Source of the DNA: Octopus vulgaris
Lineage: Eukaryota
Direction of reading: 5' to 3'
Assembly: GCA_951406725.2 (NCBI GenBank)
Contig: OX597815.1
Span: 28,148,001-28,212,000, forward strand
DNA: 64,000 bases
A model generated the notes under the pieces. That model did no database searches and was not told the origin of the DNA. It was given only the letters and a program-made list of their open reading frames with translations. The position numbers and the translations under genes are program-made. The stretch's first letter is position 1, and each line of letters begins with the position of its first letter. Positions 13,376-26,411 of the stretch are shown piece after piece.

Positions 13376-13546
13376 CAATGAACATAGGATGAATAGTACA
13401 ATAAATATTCTGCCGAGAACTGTTTTGGCATAGATATCTCCAAATCCCACAGTTGACATGGTAACCAGTAAAAAGTATAAACACTCCCAATACGTCATAC
13501 TGTTTGGATTTTTGAAGTCCAAGAAAGGATCACCGGAATTTTCAAT
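13376..13546 (-). CDS. slo: Slowpoke/BK channel exon, turret, pore helix, selectivity filter and S6 start ([57 protein letters not shown]), 171 nt, phase 0->0
   Basis: Acceptor ctttgtcttgtag, donor TTG|gtaagt. Contains ENSGDP and the [10 protein letters not shown]+ filter signature. Overlaps ORF 13340..13522. Confidence 0.97.
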
Positions 13547-14362
13547 CTACAAGACAAAGTAAAAGATAGATATAAGATGAAGGGATAAGACAAGTCAAAA
13601 AAATTCAATAATTCAATTATATTACAAATCTGTTTGGTTGTGAAAAAATGAGAAAAACTCTAAGGAGATGAAAATAAAGCTGATAGTGATTAAGATGGTT
13701 ATGACAATGATGGTGGGGATGATTTTATTGTTTAATTACAGGTCAGCCTTGATTGGGCAGAGCTACAATTAAGGGAATTCTAGCTATGATAATCCTGCCT
13801 TTGTTTTTTTCAGACAGTTAGACAACATTATCCAATTTTTTTTTCTTTTTAAGATAACAAGATGTGATTTGAGGGAGATTTTGGCTGCTACTTCTTGCAG
13901 GTTCAGCAAACATGCAATGGTTTCCTTATTGGCTTGTAGATGTTCTCTCACTGTTCGTTGTAAATGACGATGATAACAATGTTGACATTGATGATAATGA
14001 TGATGGTCATAAACAGGAGGTAGAAGTTAATATTATCATAGCCTGGGAGATAATTATGATGATGGTGGCAGCAGTAGCTGAGACTATGTTTCAATACTCT
14101 CACTATCCCCACACTCTTAAACTATCCAGTGATGATAATGATGATGACGATTATGATGATTGTTACTATTACTAATGAGAGAATTAGAATGTTGGACAAA
14201 ATGCCTTATGGCACTTTTTGCAACTTTTACACTCCAATTTCAAATCCTGCCAAGACCAATTTTGCCTTTCAACTTTTTGGGGTTAATAAATTAAAATATC
14301 AGTCAAGTACTAGTGTTGATATGTCAACTATTCCCTACCCAAGCCTTGTGCCAATGTAAGAA

Positions 14363-14366
14363 ATTA

Positions 14367-14413
<47 letters not shown>

Positions 14414-14835
14414 GATGTCACACAGTATACAAGTTTGAGAGGTTGTTGATTGAAGATATTGTGTCTACTGGGGGTTGTACTGTTTGACAAGGACCTCAGA
14501 CAGACTACTTTATGCAATATGTGTGCAGTTCCAAGTAATACTGGCTTTTGCAATAATTCTAGATTGTAGGATATTTCTAAAGTTTTCAGATATTTTTTCA
14601 GATTGGATGGTATTGAACCCAATGCTCTGATGACAATAGAGATAACCCTTATATTTGACTCTCGTAGCTGCCACATCTTAGCGATCTCAATTCTCAGGTC
14701 TCCATATTTATCAATCTTTTCTCTTTCTTTCATGATGATATGTTGATCTCCAGGTACTGCCACGTCAATTATTAGGCGCTCTTGTTTGTCCTTCCTAAAG
14801 GTTACTATATCCAGCCTTTGGTCATGAAGTGGCAA
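14363..14835 (-). mobile_element. 5'-truncated Dong/R4-clade non-LTR retrotransposon (restriction-like endonuclease C-terminus) ending in (TAA)n
   Basis: ORF 14335..14835 has R(L/P)DIV...IIDVAVPGD...KEREKIDKYGDL...MW...ALG.I...LQK..LLGTAHIL, the R4/Dong RLE pattern. It abuts a (TAA)n tract at ~14363-14412, the known Dong target/tail. Confidence 0.88.
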
Positions 14836-15129
14836 GCTAGTACAATTATTAGCATGTTGGGCAAAATGTTTTGTGTAATTTTTTCCAATTCATTCTGTTC
14901 TGAGCTGCAATCTTGGCAAGGTCAGCTTTGCCTTTCATCCTTCCAAGGCCCATAAAATAAAGTACTAGTAAAGTACTGGGACTGATGTATTTGACTCACT
15001 TTCCTGCAATAAAACCTCTTGTCTTGCATTAAAATTTGAAACTACTATTGCTATTTTGTAAAAGCACATTGCTAAGTGGGGTGGATTGTTGTACCTATGA
15101 TTGTAAGACTGTTGTTTTGATTCCTGGGC

Positions 15130-15500
15130 CAAGGAATGGCTGTGTGGTAAGAAGCTTCCTTCCCGACCACATGGTTCCAGGTTCAGTCTCACAGCTGGCA
15201 CCTTGGACAAGTGTCTTCTACTATAGCCTTGGCCCAACCAAAGCTTTGGTACCAGAAACTGAAAGAAGCTTATCACACACACACACACATACATACACGT
15301 GTGTGTGTGTGTGTGTGTTTGTCTCTCATCACTGCTTGACAACTGGCATTAGTGTGTTCATGTCCCCTTAGAAGTTTGGCACAAGAGACTGATAGAATAA
15401 ATACCAAGCTTAAAGAAAATAAGTATTAGGGGGTCAATTTGTTCAACTAAAATTCTTCAAGGTCCCAGCATGACTGAAACCAGCTAAAAAAATAAAAAAG
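15130..15500 (+). mobile_element. SINE family A
   Basis: Head aggaatggctgtgtggtaag, tail tgactgaaac. Confidence 0.78.
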
Positions 15501-15985
15501 CTTCCTTTCACATTGCTCCAGTCCACTTAGCAGGCAAACATGAATAATTCTGTGATGGACCAGTGAACTGTCCAGGAGGTGGGGAATATGTTCGCCACAG
15601 AATACAGGAAACTGGCCTTTTGAGCTGATGACTTGGAGCCTTTTTCTTCACTGTTGTTGTTAATGTATCCCCACCACAGCCTCTCCCACTGTAACAACTT
15701 CACTATTTCATTTGGCAATGATCATAACAGTGATGGTAATGCTATTGATGATGATTGTGAAAATGTCAACAATAATGATGAGTTTGTTGATGATGATGAT
15801 GATGGCCATGATGATGACGACGACGACGATGACAAAATAAACACTCTGTTGCAACAATAGTCTGATTACTAATCTAGCCTTCTTGTTAATTAGAAAATAC
15901 TAACACAGCCTTCTGTCAATCTTTCAAAATACCATTAATTTCTACAATGCTTTCTTAAAATAATCTCCATATTTTTTCTAGTTCA

Positions 15986-16042
<57 letters not shown>

Positions 16043-16640
16043 TATCTGTATATATGATTTTTGCAACTATGAAGATCTGTAGAACGAAACTTTAATGATA
16101 ATATGAATATTCTTCACAACTTTCTCTTTCAATGTATAAAGATGCACATGGAATTCTAAACACTGGTTGTATACTGTCTGATTAAATTCACACTATATCA
16201 TTATCGTCATTAAACATCCATTTCCCATGTTGGCATTGGTTAGATAGTTTGATTGGAGATGGTAAGTCAGACAGATGTGCCAGGCTTCACATGATGTTGT
16301 TAGAAATGAAATCAGCATGTCAGTGATACCAGATGCACCAAAAAGGAGAATTTCTTGGACCACACAGCTGAACAAGAAGCTGGTGGAGTCTTGGTATCTG
16401 GTCAGCCTTTGAAGAGATTGGGAGGCTGACAGAAACACATGCATAGACGTCAGACACCCACTTCCATGCACTCGGTAAACACACACACCGTCATTGACCA
16501 TTTCTTTATCTCTATGAAATCACTGGAAGATGATAAAATAATGCAGCATGATCATAGGGTCTACACTGTAAACCATTTCTATTTGCAAATGAACAAATAA
16601 AATACAACAGAGTTATTATAGTAAAAAGGGCAAAACTCAC

Positions 16641-16792
16641 CAGGTGCAAGAAACCAGCTCCAGCCAACCACATGCTTACAAAAAATGCCACGAGTTGTGT
16701 CAGCCGGATCATTGTACTGGTTTTCAAAATATTGAGATATTGGAGAATATCGGGGATTGAGACAAGCCGTAAAGCTCTCAGGGAGCGGAGAC
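16641..16792 (-). CDS. slo: Slowpoke/BK channel exon, S4 voltage sensor and S5 ([51 protein letters not shown]), 152 nt, phase 1->0
   Basis: Acceptor ttttgtctgtag, donor CTG|gtgagt. Contains the RxLRALRL S4 motif and [13 protein letters not shown]. Overlaps ORF 16512..16808. Confidence 0.96.
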
Positions 16793-17564
16793 CTACAGAC
16801 AAAAACAAATAATGGTAATAATTATTTCTAACATAAGCACAAGGTTTACAAATTTGGAAGAAATCATCATCATCATCGTTTAGCGTCCGTTTTCCATGCT
16901 AGCATGGGTTGGACGGTTCTACTGGGGTCTGTGAAGCCAGAAGGCTTCATCAGGCCCAGTCAAATCTGGCAGTGTTTCTACGGCTGGATGCCCTTCCTAA
17001 CGCCAACCACTCCGTGAGTGTAGTGGGTGCTTTTTACGTGCCACCCGCACTGGTGCCAGACAGAGCTGGCAAACGGCCACGAACGGATGGTGCTTTTTAT
17101 GTGCCACCGGCACAAGGGCCAGGCGAGGCTGGCAATGGACACGAAACGGGGCGGTGCTGGCAACGGTCGCGAAACGGAAGGTTCTCTTACATGCCACCGG
17201 CACTGGTAACACATCTGCAATTTCCATTGATCGATTTCCATTCTGATAGTATTTGACCCAGGAGGACAAAAGCAAAGTTGACTCTGAGTGAGATTTGAAC
17301 ACAAAGTAAAACTACGCAACTAAATATTGTAAGTCATTTTGTCAATTGCTGTACTGGTTCTGTCAATCCATTGCCTAGTGAGGAGAATTTTATTAATATT
17401 AATTTGGTTTTTTCCTAAAAATGCATAAAATACACATTTCATGCTTATTTTATGTATGGAAATCATGAAAATATGTTAAAAAATAGTAAAATCAATAAAA
17501 TATAAATCTAAACCTATTTAATGCTAAAAACTAATAATTCTATACAATGCTTTATACAATCTTT

Positions 17565-17930
17565 CATCTGTTTCAGTTATTAGACTGCAGCAATGCTGGG
17601 GCATCACCTTAAAGAATTGTAGTCAAACGAAATGCCCTCAGTACTTATTTTTATTTTTTTAAGCCTAGTACTTATTCTATTGGTCTCTTTTGCTGAACTG
17701 CTAAGTTATGGGGACAAAAAGAAACCAGCACTAGTTATCAAGCAGTGGTGGGGTACAAACACAAATACAAGCACATATAGATATATACAAGCTTCTTTCA
17801 GTTTCCATCTATCAAATCCACACACAAGATTTTGGTCAGCCTGAGGCTCAAGGTGCTACACAGTGTGACTGAATCTCAAACCATGAGTTTAAGAAGTAAA
17901 CTTCTTAGCACACAGCTATGCCTGTACCTA
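17565..17930 (-). mobile_element. SINE family A, diverged
   Basis: Matches the reverse complement of family A. Confidence 0.7.
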
Positions 17931-19160
17931 TACATATAGATTTATAAATAATTTGTAAGATTACAATATTTATTCCAGTCATTAATTCTCAAAACATTAT
18001 CATAGTTTGCTTATATACAACTTATATACACCCCTTAACCATACTTATATACATCCTTAACCACAATACCAAATTAGCCAAGAAAGAGCACTTTTAATAC
18101 TACAAAAATAAACACATCAGATGTAAGATGTAAGAAACAATGTTTAGTAATTAGGGAAAGCTCTCTCTCTAAATAAACAAGCAAGGTAGCAAGCAGCAGT
18201 GTTCATCAGTTTTAGATTTAGCGTAGTAACATAAATATATTAAGAAATGCTCCATGCATAAGACTTATTACTTATAACAACCTTCCTAAACACAAGAACT
18301 CATTATTCATAGCTGCCATTTTCTAATACAATGACATAATACAAACATTTCCATATTGCAAAACTCTGACCATAATTCCTTTTTATCTATGCAATTTCTC
18401 TCAGTGAAATCCTAAAAACTTTGTGTAAGACACACAAAATACTGGGAACACAATTGTGTAAGCTGTATGTTTAATCAACCACCACTAACCACTAAGCAAG
18501 AAGTTTAAGTTTCAAATCTTTGGTTAGGTGCTTGTCTGTGAATTTCAATTGGTTATCAGTTCCAGTTTAAAATGTTTATATTTGTAAATGCAAAAATAAA
18601 TACTATAGAGGATAGTATCAATTAAAATATTTAGAGAATAGCATCATTAGAAGAAAACTGAATTTTATATATCATTATCTTTCTCATGTTACTGAAAACT
18701 GAACATTGCTAGTTTTCATTCCTTTTCAAGCTTTTCTTTGACTGAATTTTGATTTTGTGAGGTCAATGTCTCAATTGATCAGGATCTATTGTAAACTGTA
18801 TTAATGAATAAATTGTAATATAAAATGGGTTATTGTAGTAAAGGCTATCATTGAGTAGCAGACTTAATTCATCACCCAGTTAAACACAACCACTCTACAC
18901 TTGGGTTCCTTTAGTGGTGTCCCTATTCCAAGTATTCAAGTCAGGTATGTGGTTTTAGGACAACATTCTCCCATGAGTCACATATCAGTGCTGATCAATG
19001 TGGTAGGGTCAGATGTAAGAAAGCTGGATCAGTTCACAGATGAGATGATACAGAATTTAAACAAATGATACAATTCCATCTTATCTAAACCAGATAAACA
19101 GTAGAATAATTTTGCTGATAGTGAAGAATTTGATGAATACATAGTAAGTGAAATACTCAC

Positions 19161-19272
19161 CTAACCAATTTCGGTCTAGGTAGATGGCCACAAAAGATGG
19201 TGGAATTGTAAAATAGTCGACAAAAGAGAAAAGCTCCAGCCAAAACCATAGTTTATCATTTGCAGCAACAAA
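19161..19272 (-). CDS. slo: Slowpoke/BK channel exon, S2-S3 ([38 protein letters not shown]), 112 nt, phase 0->1
   Basis: Acceptor ttttctattccag, donor TTAG|gtgagt. Contains the [11 protein letters not shown] and VDYFTIPP Slo1 motifs. Not in the ORF track. Confidence 0.96.
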
Positions 19273-19546
19273 CTGGAATAGAAAACAATTTTAAAGAATT
19301 GAATTAATAATGGGTTTGATGGGTTGCCATAGTCTGAGCCAGTTCTTATTTGGACAAAAAATTCTGTAGGTTTAATTTTTTGTTTAGCTAAATACCTTCT
19401 CTAACATCAATTACTTTATAAGGTATACTGGGTTCATTTTATCGGGGTACAGCATTAGTTTATTTTGTGTGTGTATATATATATCTTGTTTCAATCATTA
19501 GACTGTGGCCATGCTGAGGCATCGACTTGAATAATTTTAGTAAACT

Positions 19547-20195
19547 GAATTAAAGATTCATAATGAATATAGTTAACTGAACATTTCGTCAGGGCCAAAA
19601 CTTGATAGAAAAAGGAAATAAATCTCAGTGTGTTGACTGATCATTGGTAAACTCAGCATTATATTCAGATATGTGTGTTTATGCATTCTAATGTATTTTT
19701 AGAAAACCGTTATTTGTGCAAATGCAATTTTGCTTTAATTTATTTGTGTGCATGCATGTGTTAATGCGTTGAAAAACAAAGGAGCCATTAGGTTACCTAA
19801 ATGATATTTTTGATACAGTTAATTGTAATTAAAAACATTTATTCCTGACTTTCATTATTACTTGTGAGAGTATGAAATGCCAACAAAATTTTTAATTACT
19901 TAAGAATTATATTGTTAAAACCTCTAGTATTAATAATTTTCTCATGGTCATGTGGTACATAGTTAAAGTAACTATGATTTATGTTTTAAATTATAAAAAT
20001 AAAAAATTAATATTTAATTATTAATACTAGAGGTTTTAACTAGGTGACGTAAAAGCACCCACTACACTCTTGGAGTAGTTGGCATTAGGAAGGGCATCCA
20101 GCTGTAGAAACTCTGCCAGATCAGATTGGAGTCTGGTTCACCAGACCTTAGTCAAATCGTCTAAACCATGCTAGCATGAAAAGCGGACGTTAGAC

Positions 20196-20231
<36 letters not shown>

Positions 20232-20362
20232 ACACACATATCTGAATGTAATGCTGAGTTTACCAATGATAAATCAACACATTGAGATGTAGTTCCTTTT
20301 TCTATCAAGTTCTGGCTCTGATGAAATGTTCAATTAACTATATTCATTATGAATCTTTAATT
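19547..20362. repeat. Nested inverted repeats (~135-bp outer arms 19547-19680 / 20230-20362; ~25-bp inner arms 19914-19938 / 20016-20040)
   Basis: aattaaagattcataatgaatatagttaa…cagatatgtgtgttt pairs with aaacacacatatctgaa…tattcattatgaatctttaatt. A family C repeat sits in the spacer. Confidence 0.82.
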
Positions 20363-21137
20363 TTTCTAATTTGAATTAATTGGGCATGGAAACAATTGTA
20401 GGATCTATGTGTTTGATATTGTTCAAAATTGGATTTGTTTCAATAAATTGATGTCCACATATCAATTTCTTCATTTTCTACTTATATATAAATGGTAATA
20501 TACCCATATTCATCAAGGTAAATCTAACATCTTTTAGTATTTCACTGATACACTGGATGAAACCGAGGAACCTGGATGCTGATATCCCTTTAAGAGGTAT
20601 TTATATCCTTGAAATAATTTGTGTGTGTGTGAGTGCACATGTTACTGTATGGGGCTCCCTTCTTGTTTGTTATTTGTTGAGAGTTTAGAATGAAATGGTT
20701 AATTTGTGGGTGTGTACATGTAGTCTTCAAGATTTGATTGTTCATATTTCCTGCAAATCAGATTTCCCAAAGTTCAAGGAATATGAAAATTGAATTTATG
20801 AATTTTGAGGGTTGCCTATACATATAGGAAGGAAAACCGAGTCATAGTACTGTTTCACCAGAGGTTATCTTCTAGCCTATGGTACTCAAATTTATTTACA
20901 GTATTTCTTGCAAATTTTGTTTCCGATTTTTGAGATACACTAAATTAACATTATTATTGCTTACTAATCAATGATGCAGAATTCAGAGCTGATAACTATA
21001 TTTCCTATTGATGTCCAGATATTATGCAAAACAATCATCTTTTTTCATTTTTTCTCTCCTCAACATCAGTTGCATAAACAAACTGTTACTTTTCCGAACT
21101 ATTTTTTTATGCCTGTCAAGTTTATTTTTTATGTGTC

Positions 21138-21396
21138 AATTTTTCACGCTAAGTGTTGCTGAAGCAAGGAACAAACTACCGGCATCAGTTGTTAACTGTC
21201 GGAGCACTGCATCCTTCAAAACTTCCATGCTTCCTGAGATTCGCCAAAACTACACCTTATTTTCTCCCCTCCATATACATGCAAGCATGTATCTGACTTA
21301 TACACTGTTCACTTCCCAGACATTTGTACATTACCGCATATGCTTATACACACTTTTGACAAGTTGTGGTGCACCTGAGCACTGTATACAATAATT

Positions 21397-21437
<41 letters not shown>
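21138..21437 (+). mobile_element. CR1-type LINE 3' end with (ATT)n tail
   Basis: FFTLSVAEA(R/W)NKLPASVVNCRSTASFK resembles the conserved CR1 ORF2 C-terminus (FF..RV...WN.LP..VV...S...FK). A 3'UTR and (ATT)n follow. Same family as 31110-31480 and the stub at ~3325-3382. Confidence 0.8.
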
Positions 21438-24400
21438 TAAATAGTGTTAATAGTCTGGTCCTTCCTTGTTTCTTCTGGTTTAGGACAAACAGTCAAGTTT
21501 CACCTGTGAAGTTGCCATCCCTGCACCCAAGAATCCATCCAGATCATGTAGTCTGGAAGGAAGATTCTTATTGTGAAGTGAAACTCTATAGTAGTTTCTT
21601 CCATTGTTATTTGTGAGATAAAGAGTTCTCTTTCTACAAGAACCAACATCAATCATCCATCCTATTTCATTTCATATTTCCTAATAGTTGCTTTCTATAA
21701 TAGAAAACTGCAGGTAGAAATCCTTACCATGTTTGTGACTTAAAGGTTGGTAGAGAAGTCAAGATGCAAATGCTAAAAGTGCACTTCAAGGAGTATTCTA
21801 CATTCCATTCTTTCATAAGTTATCTATTACTTTTCAATACTGTAGTTCTGAAGAAAAATTTTAACTTCAGCAAAAGATGTCCATGCTCTACATTCTGTTT
21901 CATTTACTTTAGAAATAGGGAAAGACAAATCACAGATTACACTATGTGTCCAGTGAAACCTCAGATACTACATCTAACTTTGTATCTGTCAGTATTCCAC
22001 TGACTTTGCCCTTTAAATATTGAAAACTATAACCTTGATGATCCATACTCTATACACAACAGACCAGGTAATAAGGTCAAGTTTAAAGCAAAGGGGTGGA
22101 ATGTATGTATTCAAAGGATCAACCAGTGTTGGATGTTGTATGTTACTTATATTTACTAACAACATATTCAGTTTTAGATAACCACTCATACTATTTACAG
22201 TGATTCTTATTATCTCTGATATTCTATAGGCACTAAACACACTCACCACAAATATTCCATGTGTGTGCTCATTGTATTTGATGAACTTTCAAAGTAGTTC
22301 CATGAATTCACAAGTTTCATTGAGGTCAGTGACATGTATGACAATTATTGAAAGAATCTCACAGGCACTGTACACTAAGGCAGCTTTAAGACTCATTTAC
22401 TTAACGTTAATGAAAAGTCTATGCTCTTTGCAGACATAGTCACATACAAACTCTGGCATCAGGCTGCCAAAGAAAATTCTGTTACTGAAGTCTGGAACTA
22501 AAGAGCATTGCTTTTTCTTTTGTTGATTCCAAATTCTAATTAATTCAACTCTGTTTGACTCAGCAGGTGTGGGGAATGATCTGCATTTCGAATATATTGG
22601 CTTTCTGTTTCCTTATTACTTGCAGAATCTTCAGCACTTTTGTCTGTGATTGTTGTTGTTGTAACTAGCAGATGCTTACTTCATCCTGTGGTTGTGGTAG
22701 AGATTTTAAGGTCAAGCTACAGTTTGAGGAGCTGATTGATCTATTTTTCTTTTTGGAAGCCAGCTATCTTTGTCATACAAAAATAACAGTTATAATGATT
22801 TATGGACTCACACCAAATCACAGCGTGTAAATGAAATAGATTTTCTTTTATCATTTGGCCCAAGTTATGAAAACTATATTGCACTGCACAGAGCAAAATG
22901 GTGCTGCCGAGTCACTCTCTTGGTTGTTTACCATACAACCAAAGTAGGACTTGAAGGCAAGTTACAACCTTGATGCTTTCACTACATTTCTTCACTGTTG
23001 TATGGGTATATATCATCCAGAGACATTGCAAAAGTTATCAGAATGATTTACATGAGCAAATCTATTTGATAACATTCTGAATTGCTATACAAAATCTAAA
23101 AAAGTAATTGGGATACATCACATGGTGTCTGTGCTGTCATGTGAAAAGAAGTAACATTGACTTTATTTTAATAACTAGAACTAAATTTCCCACGAAATGG
23201 AAATGATAGGAATATTCTAAATGTAGATTTTAAACCAGTGTACCAAAATTATTTAGCAACACCTATTTGTTTTCCTGATGCAACACCTTCATTACTCATG
23301 AATTCATTTTTCTTCAAGATTTTTAAATTTATAACTATTTTTCTCCTGTTGTGTTTGACTTTGTCTTTCTTCTCCTTGGAATAGGTAAAATAAAGTACCA
23401 GACAAGTAGTGGCATCAGTTAAAACTGATATAAACAATTCCCTGGAATTTATGGTCTTATGCCAATGTTACAAATTATTATTACTATTTTTTTCCAAAGT
23501 CTATGTTTATTTTATTTTACTAGGTTTTTTAAAGTATTTTCTTTTAAATTTCCACTTATAGTGCATGCTTGTATTCACTATGATCACAAAACATGTCTGG
23601 AAAGCAGCTCAGTTGAAGGACATTGCCTTTTTGATTGTCTCAAATTGTCTTATTTTTTATGTAGAATATTTATTTTTCAGGCTTTATTTAAAATTCTTTA
23701 TCAATTGCCAATATCTATCTAATATATATGTATATATATATATATATAGAATAATTACAAGCATCTATATATATAGATGCTTGTACATATTCTTTTGTAT
23801 CAGCATATTGTAGACAGTTAAATAAAAATAAAACAAAATATCTTCCAATCTAGTCTAGAAGTCTGAAAGAATAAAAAAAATGCTAAAAATCAAATTCAAG
23901 TCTAAGTAAAAGCCTAGTTATATATTTCTGTTGTATTAGAGAATGTCTTTCACATAATGATATAACTTTCATGCAGATTTTATTTTCTTTTGTTATGAAT
24001 ATATTTACATTCAAAATTGCAACTATTGTTGAGTAAGAGATACATTTCAAGTGATCCAATGCAAAAACTGTAGTCTGTTCCTATTTCACTTTTTACATAC
24101 TGCTAATGATCTAATGATAAAAGTCACTTTCAACACCTGATGTTTCTATTCCCAGTTGTAGCCACTGCACTTGACTAACACCCCTGGGAAAGGTGCATAT
24201 AACTTTATGTTTTCTTCTTTATAAAACTAAAGCTTTTGTTTCTATGCCACTAAGTAATATGCTATATAAGTTTGAAAGCTTTCTTTTTTTTTTTTTAATA
24301 GAGCTTGATGTTGTAATACTGGTTTCAAATTTTGGCACAAGGTCAGCAATTTTGGGAGAGGGGTACGTCTATTACATCAGTCCCAGTATTCAATTGGTAT

Positions 24401-24491
24401 TTATTTTATCAACCCCAAAAGATGAAAGGCAGAATTTAAACTCAAAACCTATAGACAGATGAGATGCTGCTCAGCATTTTATCCAGCATAC

Positions 24492-24622
24492 AGGCACAGG
24501 CGTGGCTGTATGGTAAGAAGCTTGCTTCCCAACCACATGGTTCTGGGTTCTACTATAGCTTCAGGCTGACAAAAATCTTGTGAGCGGATTTGTAGACAGA
24601 AACTGAAAGAAGGCCATCATAA

Positions 24623-24684
<62 letters not shown>

Positions 24685-24890
24685 CTGTGTTTGTCTCTCC
24701 GGCATTGCTTGACAACTGATGCTGGTGTGTTTACGTCCCTGTAATGTAGCGGTTTGGCAAAAGAGACAGATAAAATAAGTATTAGGCTTACAAAGAATAA
24801 GTTCTGGGGTTGATTTCTTTTATTAAAAACCCTTTAAGGTAGTGCTCCAGCATGGCCACAGTCAATTGACTGAAACAAGTAAAAGAATAA
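24492..24890 (+). mobile_element. SINE family A with long internal (TG)n
   Basis: Head aggcacaggcgtggctgtatggtaag, tail gactgaaacaagtaaaagaat. Confidence 0.82.
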
Positions 24891-25138
24891 AATAATACTA
24901 ATGATTCTGCCAGCTTGCTGCCTTATGATGTTCTAAAATGGATTAATTTTGGCACAAGGCCAGCAATTTCAGAGGTGATTACACCAACTCCAGTGCTCAA
25001 CTGGCACTTATTTTATTAACCCCCAAAAAGAGGATAGGCAAAGTCAACCTCAGCAGAATTTGAACTAAATGTAAAGATGGACAAAATGCTGCTAATGATT
25101 CTGCCAGCTTGCTACCTTACAAGATGTTTTAATACTTA

Positions 25139-25497
25139 CTTATTAGCTATGAAATACAGTTTTTATTGCCATCTTCTTCAGGTAGCTTTTAAATTACTGT
25201 AATGAAATTACTCTAAAGTACGACTTCAACATGTTTTTTTTTTTCTGTGACTTCATCTTCTGCATCCAGAAATGCTTCAGAATATGTAAAAATATTGTAA
25301 ATATTGTAATTTATCAAATTCAGAAAATTTTTCATATAGATGTAAATTACAGTACACTCCCATCACTCGTTGTGGAGGCTGAGGATGAAGTCACATCAAA
25401 AGAACATGATGAAGTTGTATTTTAGAGTAATTCCATCACATTCATTAAAAAGTTCCCCAAAGAAGATGCAGTGAAAGCTGTACTTTATAGCTAATAA
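25139..25497. repeat. Old diverged fold-back (~130-bp arms)
   Basis: tattagctat…ttactctaaa…gtgacttcatc pairs with gatgaagtcac…tttagagtaa…atagctaata. Confidence 0.7.
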
Positions 25498-26411
25498 ATA
25501 AGCAGAGGTGTTTTTTTTCTCCCTACTTTTTCCATTTTTCAGTGCATTTGAGGAAACAGAAGATATTGTCGCAGAGTTTTAAGATTTTGCACCAGTTATT
25601 TTAATTTCCACTCACAACTTTTCTGCACTGCCTCCATCACGAAATCGAAAAAACGTTCCACCTTAATACACACACACACACGCATAACACATATATGTAC
25701 ATATACACACAGTCATGCACACACATGCACATATATACATACATACATACACATGTATGTGTGTGTGTATGCATGTGCACGTTTTAATCTTAGTCTCCAC
25801 GCAATTTAACAGCTGGTGTTTGTATCACTTTGACTTAACAGTTCATCAAAAGGAACAGACAGAATAAGCATTAAATTTATAAAGAATAAATACTGGGATC
25901 AATTTGTAAGAGTAAACCCTTCAGGATGGTACCCCAGCATGGTACCCCAGCATGGTTGTAATCCAATGACTGAAGCAAGTTAAAAGAATTCATTCTAACA
26001 ATCAAGGCATGTAAAATTAAGTTTGTATGTATCCAAACACACATGTGTACTTGAAGATATGAAATACTAAGTAATGAGCCTGTAAGCTTATATCTTATTT
26101 GCTTTGCTATTTCAATATTACTTTTATAAAATAAAATTTGTATGGAATAAAAATCTATAAAAAATAACATGAATTTATATTTCCTGGTTTTTCAACAAAG
26201 ATATAACATTGTTACTAATTCATTTTCTCCATATTCATATCATTGTCAGAATATCTTTGTAAAAATATGGATTTTATTCTAGGAAAAAATAAAAGTTTTT
26301 TTCAGTTAATATTTACTTTTTGGATCCAATATAATCTTTATTTTAGTATATGTTTTTTCTTTTTTCTATAAAATAAAAAAACAAATTTGAGAAATCTTTT
26401 GTTATACCAAC

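Noticed and set aside
16909-17319. Recurrent ORFs with 'FLQLDALPNANHS'
   Set aside because: They are readings of the non-coding family C repeat, frame-disrupted between copies.
21440-23100. Possible long decayed Penelope/LINE body
   Set aside because: Only faint motif hints by eye, so it cannot be supported without a translated search.
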